Source of the DNA: Dudresnaya verticillata
Taxonomy: Eukaryota
Length of the DNA stretch: 64,000 bases
Direction of reading: 5' to 3'
Assembly (NCBI GenBank): GCA_977862235.1
Contig: OZ374557.1
Span: forward strand, 3,782,001 to 3,846,000
A model generated the notes under the pieces. It saw nothing but the letters and a program-made list of their open reading frames with translations, made no database searches and was not told where the DNA came from. Both the position numbers and the translations under genes were made by a program. Shown here piece after piece: positions 37,452-47,760 of this stretch (positions within the stretch are counted from its first letter, which is position 1; each line of letters opens with the position of its first letter).

Positions 37452-37918
37452 TGGAAGGTTCGGAGGAGGTCAGGAGGGCGAGGGCCGAGCAAGCTAAACA
37501 TAGCATCAGCGTCTTGTATGCCACGGCGTTCTTTGATGAGTCAGGATAAATCATGCTGGTATTTTCTATACTCAGTGCAGACAATGTATCGGTGTCGAGG
37601 TCTATATGAAGGACACCGCGGACCCCAACGGTGATGCACGGTGACAAAATGCTACCTTCCGACACAGCTCCCAAAAGGCTTGTAGAAGAACTCAGGGAGC
37701 TCCGCGCTGAAATCATCGAGGCGCGTGGAGTTGCCCTGGCTGAGCTGGATACCACTTTTTGGCTCCGGGTCCCGCTCATGGGATGGGCACGTGAAATGAT
37801 GGCGAGGGCTGGCCAGATTGGAGAAGGGGTGATGAGGGGAGCTCGGGGTGTGTTAGGGTTGCTGGGCTGGGAGGTCCCGTTGGAGTGGACGCTGGAAGAT
37901 CCTGAATCAGAGGCATGA
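37452..37918 (+). pseudogene. Hypothetical helical protein with two in-frame stops
   Basis: MEGSEEVRRARAEQ... continues in one frame into RLVEELRELRAEIIEARG... Confidence 0.35.
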
Positions 37919-39016
37919 GTGGGTTTGGATGTAAAGGGTAATTAACGAAACCTTCCTTGTGGTGTTCAACGCGTGCATACACTGGTCGCATATAGTGGTA
38001 TCATGAATCATTTTAGCAGTAGAGTACAGTCGTGCCCACAAGCCCTTCACCGCCTTTCCCTGCCGTGAGCTTACCGAGTTAACAACATTTCGCACTGCCG
38101 TCTTGTCTGACGCCGACTGCTAGGCCCTACAACCCGCCTTCGCTCACGGTACCACACGTGGCTTGTCACGCGTTCCGCCCCCTGTCGCATCTTTGGGAAG
38201 CCCCTGGAAATCACTAAGGCCGCAGGAGTAGTTGCGCAGGTACTGAGCTAGATGTGGAGGCGGTTGTTGGTTCAGGCGCGCATCTGTACAGCTTGAGAAC
38301 GAGAAAACGGTGAAGATTGGCGATGCTGGGATAACCGCAGTGGGATAAGAGCGCGGTACAGATTCGGGGGTGCCAATCGAGCTGTGCACCACTGCGAAGT
38401 CAAAATTCAGCAGTGGCATGGGAAGTGGGGTCGGTAGCGGGGATCAGGGTGTGCGCGCTGGTGGGCATCCGCGGTAGTAGGGCTGTCCCTGGTCATAAAT
38501 CTCGCGGGGCAGGTGCGGGAAACGGGCGACGAGGCAGTCTGTATGCGTTCCCGTACAGACGCGCACAGAACAGTACAGCAGGTGCGCTGGGAAGGCGTGG
38601 CGCGGCAGAGTAGGGGCTGTGGAAACAGGCTCGCGCACGCCTCTGCGAGGCTTTGCGCGGGGCGGCACGGTACAATCGGGGCATTGTGTGCCATGGGGGG
38701 GCGTGCCGTGGCATCAGGGAGTGGGGGGCGAGCGCATGGGGCAGGTGGGGACCGGGTGGACCAATTTGGCCCAGACCGGACCACACAGTGGTCCGGGCGG
38801 GCCAAATCGATGCAAAAAATTAAATTTCGGAAAACCTGGAAATATTTTGTGGAAATTCACGCAAACCGCTATAACTTTGGAACAAATGGTCTGTTGACCA
38901 ATCGGATTTCACCATCGTACTCAGGGCACGCTCCCCTTTCCAACGATACCATAAAATAGCTACTTGACTCCAGTCTGTTTTCAAAGTCAGATTCTGGAAT
39001 GGCTTAAATGGGTGTT

Positions 39017-39260
39017 TCAAGCAGAACACATCGAGTCTAAATTTGAGATGGTTGAGAAACTACTGGACATCGGAGAGGCGGATGATGGTCTGTTTGTGCA
39101 GGTACAATGGCTTGGTCAGCCAGATAAGGTTGACTGGACATGGCAGTCGATTGCACAGCTGTATGAAGACGTCCCTGAAAAATTATAGGCATTTTTGCGC
39201 AAGACGCGAAAAGGAAAGCTCGCCAAGAAAGCACGAGCTGCACTACATCTCTCTGAAGAG
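39017..39260 (+). pseudogene. Gypsy-D chromodomain-like C-terminus
   Basis: FEMVEKLLDI...LFVQVQWLGQPDKVDWTWQSIAQLYEDVP. Confidence 0.85.
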
Positions 39261-39301
39261 TAATGCACACGCCGAAATACTCCAGCGTATGCATGGGGCC
39301 G

Positions 39302-39579
39302 TGTAGAGAGTTGTTAGAAACAGAACAAGCCGATAGATTCAAGCCGTGAACTTGAAGCAGAACAAGCCGATAGCTTTAAGCCGTGAACAGTAGTGTTTAA
39401 TTTTGAATGTTGCGTGGTTCAAGCCAGACGTTCTGGATTGGCCGTGAACCGCTTTGTGCTCTCGAGATGAGCAGCAATACAGTAGTAGATAAAAACTCTC
39501 TCTCCTCCGAGGGAAAGAGGAGAGAGGCAAGACTTTGTGAACAACAGAGTTGGAGTGCTAGGACGAGCCGGAGTTTACA
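39302..39579 (+). repeat. Gypsy-D 3' LTR
   Basis: Direct repeat of 30080-30356, preceded by ATGGGGCCG and followed by TSD ATCC. Confidence 0.95.
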
Positions 39580-40132
39580 ATCCGCTTGTGCATGGATTCC
39601 GCTCATACCAATCGTGGACAGATACATGCTACAGTCTCGGTACTAAACTCTTCAGTCTCAGGACTGCAAAACCCGACCAGGATGTGACTACTATGAGAGG
39701 GTCTGCAGCACAAGAGAGATCCGGGCTGCAGTCCGTACAGTAGTCCTATGCTACCCGAAAAACAGGCTGCGAGATATTCACGACCAAATCATGCGCATGG
39801 TTGCGAGTCGCAGGTCATACGATTGTACAGGTATAGTATAGTAATTTGGATTGAGCTCCTATCCACACTCAAGGTTAGACCACGCGTTGGCGCCAACTCG
39901 GCACCAACCGAAACTGTCTTGGGTGACTATAGTGAAACTGTGTATCTTGATACCTCTCTGTACATTTGTGCAGAAATGCCTGCACCCTTAAAGTCGGACT
40001 CTCCACCCTTTTGTGCACAACTCATGAGCGCTGGAATCTGGAATCTCGAAACTAGGCGCTTCACAGCCACCCGTACTCATTCTAGCGAATTCCCAGAGGT
40101 TGCACCTATTCCGTAGAGTACTACTGTTAAAA

Positions 40133-40675
40133 ATGTCGTCGCACAACGCTTCTGGAGGGAGAGAAGAAGTCGAAAACTTACAAGGCGAGACCCTGAACCT
40201 ACACGATTTTAATAACTCGGGAGAAGAGAGCTTAAAGGAGGCAGTCGAGCGCATGGGAGAGGAGAGGTTTGTGGGCATAGTCAGTCGGGCAAGGCAGCGT
40301 CAGATGCGTATCGTCGGGTTGGAAGAGCTAGGAATACGTCTCTATGCCACGTCTATTTTCAAAGCGTTTCATGAAAGGGTGTGCGGCGTCAGCGGAATTG
40401 AAAGTGCAGACTTCTCCGTCTCTCAACAGTACTTCGATGGAAACTATAAGTTCAATTACAGAGGAAAGAAATTTTATGAGCGGCGGAGGATAGAAAGGCT
40501 GACTCTTCTGGACCTATGGAAGGGCCCTCACTGCGGATGTATGGATGGTGAGGGAGATAAGTCCGAGGAAAATCCGCGGCGCCTAGCGAACCTGATTATA
40601 CGTAGCACCGGGTGCTGCGTTCACGTGCCATTCTTGAAGAAAAGGCTACAAGACCTGAAAGAAGCATTGGAGTGA
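40133..40675 (+). CDS. Hypothetical 180-aa protein of element A (Cys/His-containing C-terminus)
   Basis: Intact ORF with HCGC...CCVH; divergent from the ParB-MTase once Gypsy-D is removed. Confidence 0.5.
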   Translation: MSSHNASGGREEVENLQGETLNLHDFNNSGEESLKEAVERMGEERFVGIVSRARQRQMRIVGLEELGIRLYATSIFKAFHERVCGVSGIESADFSVSQQYFDGNYKFNYRGKKFYERRRIERLTLLDLWKGPHCGCMDGEGDKSEENPRRLANLIIRSTGCCVHVPFLKKRLQDLKEALE

Positions 40676-41478
40676 TGGCGTTAGCCAACAGTTTGATAAA
40701 TTTCTATTTCCTGTGTCCTAATAGTGGGAGTGTACAACCTAACCATTTCTGACTACTATCACATTCAATATTTCACTGCTACTGTAATAGAACGACTGCG
40801 TTCATCCTACGGAACAGTATAGGACAATTTTGTTTCATGGGGACGAGTACGTCTACTACTCGGACGACAGTCTCTGGATCCTCTGACGGATTACAGCAGG
40901 GTGACGGGATCAGTTTCTGTACTAGCATCGTCGTATTGTGGATCAATTTCCGTTGTCTTCGTAACAGTTTGATTGGTATATTACGTCATTAGTCAGGTGA
41001 CATCATAATTTACGCGTGGTATTGAGCTGTGCACATAAACCTGGAACGACCCCTGATGATTCAGCAGACACTCCCTGCTATAACAATAATTCGCGAGGGC
41101 CTCAGTGCCATCCATGGCCATGGTGTTCGATAGGAACCGTAGAGGCATAAAGTTAATACGGTCAAGCGTTTCGACCCCTATTTGTCCCTAAGAGACCCTG
41201 CTCCGTTAAAACCGTACAGTGGCGTAACTGCGCATAGTATTCCATGTTCTAACCCGTGTTCGTCATCCAACAACATCCGTAATACTATAATAACGTGTGC
41301 GTGAGACACAGAGCACTTCCCGCCAATACAAAATCGCAACTGTTGCGGTCATTTTGCTCTTCCTTCTAACTGTAACATTCTTGTGCGGAAAAATCGTGGA
41401 CATTGGTTTACGGGTCATACAAAACATAGTTGCTGCAGCAAGGATACTGTCGCATGTTGCACAAAGCGCTCCTCGTCT

Positions 41479-42055
41479 ATGCAACCAAAACTTTCACCAA
41501 CCATGTGTATTGTTAGCGTGGATCGCAACGGGGCACCATTCGATGGAAAATGCCAGGACGAGTCAATTGAGGATCGCCTTGATGCCATGTTCAAAACACT
41601 TGACGGGAGTTTGTCCATGAAGATGGCCAGAAAGTCGAGGCAGTGGGCTCACGAAGTGTGCACACGAAGCTTTGAGTGAATCAGGCATCGAACTGGTCGA
41701 GGGCAGGGACAGTGAAGCTTTTCAACGTTTCTGCCAGAATCTGTCGCACGCTGAAGCGCGAAACCACAGGCACGAGACAAGGAGTCTTAGCGAATTGTAT
41801 CCCCTACTACGCCGAAAAGTCCGAGTGGTGAAGGAGGGAAGCTATGCAGGGGAAAATGCTCTGTTACTGGAATATTATATATCTGAGACAGTCCACGGGG
41901 CTGGAGAAGAGGGTTTTCATTTGGACCGGTTCTGCCGTCTATTACTCAAGACGAGATATGTAGAGATGAATGAAAACACCGCAAGGGAGATGCGGTTGCT
42001 GCAAGTCAGGCATCTCACAGTTCAGGTCAACAATTTGACTCGAATGTACGAATGA
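41479..42055 (+). pseudogene. Hypothetical protein with KOW-like motif, frameshifted near 41675
   Basis: RKVRVVKEGSYAGENALL; two overlapping frames. Confidence 0.35.
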
Positions 42056-42561
42056 GGCGCTCCGTGAAGGTGTTAGCAGCAGTAGTACTACTACCACCAT
42101 GAAAAAGGTAGTAACGATTGGATAGTCTGTCGTTTCCTTGCTTTGAGAGCTCAGGGGTTCTTTTCCTCTTCCCATACATTAAAGGCTGCAAGAAAACCGC
42201 TGGCACTGCATTGTCCAACTTTTACCCAGCAACAGGTATCTTCATCCCCAGAAGTAAACTGTGACGACATCCGCGTGACATACGAGCATTCCAAAATACT
42301 TCGAGACGAGGTCCAACAAATGCAACGTATGGTGCCAGGTGCAAAGATCGAGGAATTGGTGCCATGACACATTGCCTTTTGCGAACGTCACAGCGAATAA
42401 CAGGACTTGGACGTTTCCATGTAGATGAGCAGTAAAGGATTTCCATTACTGTCGACATTTATCTCTTGACTTGACGCTCCCAACCTCTGCTGAGATACTT
42501 GTTCCAACTCCACCAGGTGACCGGCTTTGTCTGCGACAGTCCACATTCCACAGAATTAAAG

Positions 42562-42876
42562 ATGGAAGTCGACCTGCATCCCCCTGCACAGCCAACACCT
42601 ACCATGACCCGCAACGCAATCCGACAAGCATACGAACAAGTGGTACTACTTCGCATCGATGTGCGCGCCCAGCGCGACATCGTGAAGGACTGTTTAAGGG
42701 AGGCTCGCGAGTGCATGGAGGAATTCGAATTCCTCATGCACTGCTACCGCCACTTGAGGCGGGAAGCTACGGCGGTCAGGACGGCTGTCGCCAGAGCTGT
42801 GCGCTCGGTATGCGCGGAGCTGTGGAGCTGCACGAACCCCTTAAGCAGCGAAGATGAAGAGGAGTTAATAGTGTAG
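42562..42876 (+). CDS. Small helical protein of element A (104 aa)
   Basis: Intact ORF with amphipathic helices and acidic tail. Confidence 0.4.
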   Translation: MEVDLHPPAQPTPTMTRNAIRQAYEQVVLLRIDVRAQRDIVKDCLREARECMEEFEFLMHCYRHLRREATAVRTAVARAVRSVCAELWSCTNPLSSEDEEELIV

Positions 42877-43069
42877 TGAGAATGTCAAGGGATAGCAGTG
42901 AATAGATAGAGTAGAAAACGGGGTTGAGTAAATTTACTGAGGCTGATGAACTCTTTTTTGAACGCACTTCCCGCTTGGCAAGCGGGAGGGTGGAAAATGG
43001 CTATGTTACAGCAATACGGAACCGCGAGGAAGACGGACGTAGATGGTGTCGTGTTGGGAGGAGGAGGTG

Positions 43070-44995
43070 ATATTAAACTTTATAGGACGGTTTTGAGTGC
43101 ACCGACATCGGCAACAAAAGGCCTATGAGACAGCACACTATCGCATGGGAAGGAGGAAAAACGACTGTGTATCTTCAATGCGTGCTATTGAGTTGAAGGG
43201 GCGGAGTCGGGAGGCTGACTGCGTTGAAACGAACGGCGGCGAATGTCTTGAATGCTCTGGGAGACGTCACGTCGTGTGGCCGAGGTGGGGGCAGGCTGGC
43301 CCAGCAGTGCCAGTGTTGTGGAAGCGATTCGGACGCGTGCGGCGAGAGCGGGATCGGAGGGTGGGATCGGGAATGTACCCAGATGCCAGCGGACTGCGAG
43401 ATGGCGGTGAGCGGACACAGGTAGTTCCAGAGCGGGAGCAAGGCGGCCAGACGTATAAACAGGAGCAGGCCGTCGCCCTTGGAGGTCAAGGCGCCAGCGT
43501 AGCAGGTGCAGGGCGTGCCGCGCAGCTGCGGACTTGGGGCAGGCAACGCCGCTACGAAGCGAGTGGTCAGGTGAGCGCCAGAGGGCATCTAGGGTCGTGC
43601 GGGCAGCCCAGGAGAGCTTAGGGGAGCGGGAAGATGAGAGCCGGCGTAGGCGCAGTACCAACATTCTCTGTAGGTTGGACCGTCTGTCGGCGGGGTGGAC
43701 GATACTGAACAGGGCACGCAGCTTCGATAAACGACGCCGCGGCATGGACTCGGAACGTTGCCATATGGAAGTGCGGAGTTAGCAAGATTCAGCGTCCCCG
43801 ATGTGTTGTTGGGCGAGGGCGTCGAGTGGAGAGAAGGCGAGGGCATACTCGTAGACGGGTTGCAAGAACATGCGAAACATCGACCTGGAGGCGGCTACTG
43901 GCATCGAAGAGGATACGTGGCGGAGACGCTTGAGGTTGCCCAGAAGCCTCTTCGCCTTCCGGGTACGAGCGACAGTCGAGGCAGAGCCAATTCCTGTGGT
44001 CGTGAGTTCAGCTCCAAGGTAGGTCGCGGAATCTGTTACAATTGAGTCCTCTCCATTACACTTCAGCCTTACAGACGTAGGACGGCGGCCATGGCGAGTC
44101 GGTAGAAGAATGAAGCACTTCGTGGAGTACCAGACCATGTTGTTATCGCTGGCCCAATTATCGCAGACGCGTAGCGCGGCGCGAAGGGAGGCGACTGAGT
44201 CCACATGGAGGAGGCAATCGTCGGCCAGAAGCCTTCCCGGTAGCTTCTGCGGGCCGCGTCGGAGTTCATGACAAATTACCACTGCGAGTGGATCGATATA
44301 CAAGTTGAACAGCTCGCAACTGAGCGCGGAGCCTTGTGTGGCGCCATTGAGGACCATAGCGGTATGTCTTGTCGCGTCGCTGGCCTTAGAAACTTGCAAT
44401 GGACCCAGTGTACAGCTAATCATCGCAGAGATGGCTGTTGGTAGCAGTGCATGGCAGAGGGTTAACGGCTTATTACGATCCACTCGGCCCTACGCGCTTT
44501 TAAGGTCAAGAACAGCGATGTAGTCGTCGTTTTTCTGTATAGAATCTTGCGCAAGTACCAAAGCCATATTGGTACCGAGCCCAGCTTGGAAGCCAAGCTG
44601 CATGGGATGAGACGTGAAGTGCTTCCCTACCTCAATGGCAATTGCACGCTCAATGAGCTTCCGCAAATGCGATAAAGGGCAGATAGGGCGGTAGCTTGCG
44701 GGCTCATTTCGGGGGCCGTGCTTGTAAACGGGAATGAGCAATCCATTTCGCAATTCGGCAGGAAGGATACTGTACATGCCGCAAAGTCGCCAAACTTCCG
44801 TGAGGAGCGCGGCCGCCAGCTTGGGTGTGAGCTTCAGCGTTTCCACGTGTACGTTGTCCACGCCAACAGCTTTTCCAGGTTTTGCGTCGTCAATAGCCTT
44901 CAAAAGGCTGTGCTTGAAAGTGAATGGCACAGCGAACGGCTGTGGGGAGGGGGTGCTAGGTGCTGCAGTGGTATTACGGATGTGATCCGTGAACG
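43070..44995 (-). mobile_element. 5'-truncated non-LTR (LINE) retrotransposon RT fragment
   Basis: KAVGVDNV...IPVYKHG...SYRPICPLSHLRKLIE...QLGF...VLDLKSA...GATQGSALSCELFNLYID...LADD. Confidence 0.92.
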
Positions 44996-45572
44996 TGGTG
45001 AGCTTCAGGCGCAGGTGAAATTTGATAGGGCATGCGGGGAGGAGGTGCTGTGCGAGGAGCGCGCTGCAGTGGACCTTGGAGTGGAATGATGGGCATGGGA
45101 AGGGGTGGTACTGGTACCAGCACGTGATTGCGTGAGCGCCGCGCACGACTGGGTTACCCCAGATTTACCCTGGCGGCCAAGCAGTAGCAGTCATGCGGGG
45201 CGACACTTCGCCCTTGAACACAGCTCAGGGTGGGCCGGGGATGCGGCGGGCGGGGCCAAGCGTGCTGAAGCACGAGCGTCGGTGCGCTGCCAGGCGCGCC
45301 CGGGAGGGCAGCAGGCGGCAGTGCAATTTCTGGATAGATTTTAATTCGGAAATTCCGAAAGTTTCGAAACTTTCACGAACGTTTCGGGGACATTTGCCCG
45401 TATATATGCGGCATGCTGTAACTCCGCAACCGTGCATGCTATCCCAAAACGGATTTTACCATTCATCTCAGCTCCCTCTCCCCAGTCTAACGCGATACAG
45501 AAATCTTCATTCCATTAACATGTTTTCAGACTGATTCGGAACACAGATTCTGAAAACCCGGAAATCTGTGTT
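44995..45572 (-). repeat. Right TIR of element A
   Basis: Reverse complement of 16879-17410; ends ...GAAAACCCGGAAATCTGTGTT. Confidence 0.9.
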
Positions 45573-47760
45573 CACAGCCCACTTGATAGTCGCATGCGCC
45601 GGTGTCGACGGATAGTTGGCGTCCCATTTGCGGTAGCTGGAGTATGGGCGGAGCCACGAGTGCTATCTTCAGAAGCGAGAAAGAATCTCTTTGTTCCTCG
45701 TTGAACGTCGGGAGGTTGAAATCCACTGTCTTCTGCAGTAACGCATTAAGCGGCGCCGCGACTCTCGCAAAGTTGGGCACGAACCGTCTATACGCGTTAC
45801 ACAAGCCGAGGAAGGAGCGTAGCTGCGTTTGCGTACTTGGTTCCCTAAACCCGTCGATTGCTTGTGTGTTCTTCGAGGCGATCTCCAGGAGGCCAGGGCG
45901 GACCACGTGTCTCAGATAATCAACGATCTTCGCGAAGAAGTTACATTTCTTCACCTTCAGCGACACTCCTGCGTTCTGGAGTATCTCCAAGATTTCCTTT
46001 ACTTGAGCAAGGTGCTCTTTGACGCTTTTTGAGAAGATGATGATATCATCCAGATATACCAAGCACGACTTCCATCTGAATCCAGACAGGAGAATGTCGA
46101 CCCTTCGCTGGAACGTGGCTGGTGCATTACAGAGCCTAAAGGGCATACGGCAAAACTGGAAGAATCCAGCGTGACAAGTGAACGCCGTCTTCGGCTGGTC
46201 TTCCTTGACGACCAGTATCTGCCAGTAGCCAGAAGTACAATCCAGCTTTGTGAAGAATTGGGCATCTCCCAGAGAGTCCAGACACTCGTCCATACGGAGC
46301 AAGGGATAAGAATCCTTGATCGTTACTGCATTCAGCTTTCAATAGTCGACAAAAAAGCGTAAGGAGCCATCAGGCTTATTGACCAGCACGACTGGGCTCG
46401 AGAATTCTGACCGAGCGGGTTGTATGACCCCTGCTTCCTACATCTTGGTCACTTCCGCTTGTTCAGCCTGTCGAGCTTTGCGACCTGCCCTGTAGAGTTG
46501 TGAAAAGACGGGTTTCGTCCCCGGCTTGAGTTCGATACGGTGCTCCGTGACTTTGATAGTCCCGAGTTTACCACTTCACGTTTCCGAGAATGGCCGGAGC
46601 ATCTTGCGTACTCGACGCTGATCCTTTGGTTCCAGGTGGGAAAGGTTTAGGTCTTCGACCGTCATGTTGGCAACCGAGACCTTAATGCCTGGTTTCGGAT
46701 CCGTATCCGGAGAAAAGGCGGCAGCAAGCCCTGCCCCCCACATAGAGCGACGTCTCGTCGGGTTCGTGAGGAGCGGATGAGGCGTCGTCGAAGGACAGAG
46801 CGTAAAATGGTGTTGTGGACGGAGCCGGAATGGCGTGTCCAATCTTCTGGCGTTTGGCCAGGCGTTGAGGTCCTCGAGAGAAATTTGAGACCTTGACCCG
46901 GAACGGCCGGTTAGGTGGCACGTCGATGATTCCATTAGTGGCGACGAGACCCTGGCGGTCGTAGAGCCACTGGAATGAATCCATGAAGTGTACACCTCGC
47001 GCCGGGCACGTGACCGTGACCCATGCTTCGGACGCCGCGGGTATGACAACCAAATGTGCCACTCGGAGGTGTCGCGGTTCGGGAGGGGCTGTGGGGACAT
47101 CCTGTGGTTCCTCTGGGCGCGAATCGTGTGGAGGTCCGCATCGTCGGCGTAATATCGGGTGTATGGACCCATCACGCAAGACGGCGCGTTAGCGCTAGAT
47201 GCGTAGGTTATCGATATGGTGGTCGATGAAGGTACAACCTAGGATAACATCCACTGCGAGTGCTTGCAAGACGATGAAAGGTTGCCGAACCGTGTAGGTT
47301 CCGATTCGAACATACAGGGAGATAGTCCCTAAGGTAGTTAGTTTGTGCCGTGAAGCGGAAGTTAGATTCACGGTGAACCGGCCAGAAGCGATCTTCTTTT
47401 GGTCCGCTGAGGAAAGAGCACCAGCTCGTATGAGGTTGGGGCCTGCCCCTGTATCCAGGACCGAAAGGACGCGAGAGAGTTCGTCAAGAGAGGTCCCAAT
47501 GGACGCTGCCACTTTATAGTCGTATCGCGATAGCGCGCATATGGGATCCTTACAATATTCATCAAAGGTTCGTCCTCGAGGTAGCCCTAGAGGGCAAGGT
47601 AATATCTTCTTCGGGAGGAGGTGTGCTTCTGCTTCCGATTCCGGCCGATCCGTGAAGAACGGGGACGGGTGGTCGTCCTCGCTTGATCGGTTGGGGGACC
47701 CCGGGTCGTGTAGCAAGAGCTGCGGGTCGACGGGATCCAAGGTCCCCCAGTCTAGTTTTT
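45573..47760 (-). pseudogene. pol: Gypsy-C pol, 5' part (protease, RT, start of RNase H)
   Basis: VLDTGAGPNLI...VILGCTF; MDECLDSLG...MPF...YLDD; VDTGACDYQVGC at the element A junction. Confidence 0.95.

Larger units (their letters stand above)
31787..39016. mobile_element. Element B: 7.2-kb non-autonomous AACAC-TIR element (Sola-like) carrying host gene fragments
   Basis: ~475-bp TIRs (31787-32262 / 38539-39016) starting AACACCCATTTAAGCCATTCCAGAATCTG; 4-bp TSD TCAA. Removal restores Gypsy-D ...KLLRQAEHIESKFE.... No transposase. Confidence 0.93.
30080..39579 (+). mobile_element. Gypsy-D: internally deleted Ty3/Gypsy element (no PBS/gag/PR/RT) nested in element A
   Basis: Direct LTRs TGTA...TACA and 4-bp TSD ATCC. 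The 5' LTR abuts the RNase H end (IEHIDGERNILADLMTRW); integrase and chromodomain-like end follow. Confidence 0.92.
16879..45572. mobile_element. Element A: 28.7-kb Sola-like TIR DNA transposon with cargo genes (~19 kb without nested Gypsy-D)
   Basis: TIR AACACAGATTTCCGGGTTTTCAGAATC at both ends; 4-bp TSD CACA (16875-16878 / 45573-45576). Removing the element restores Gypsy-C RNase H ...DYQVGCALMQ.... Sola-type transposase inside. Confidence 0.93.

Noticed and set aside
37632..37636. Second TGATG coupled ORF pair
   Set aside because: The downstream frame extends upstream through two stops to 37452, so it is better explained as one decayed ORF
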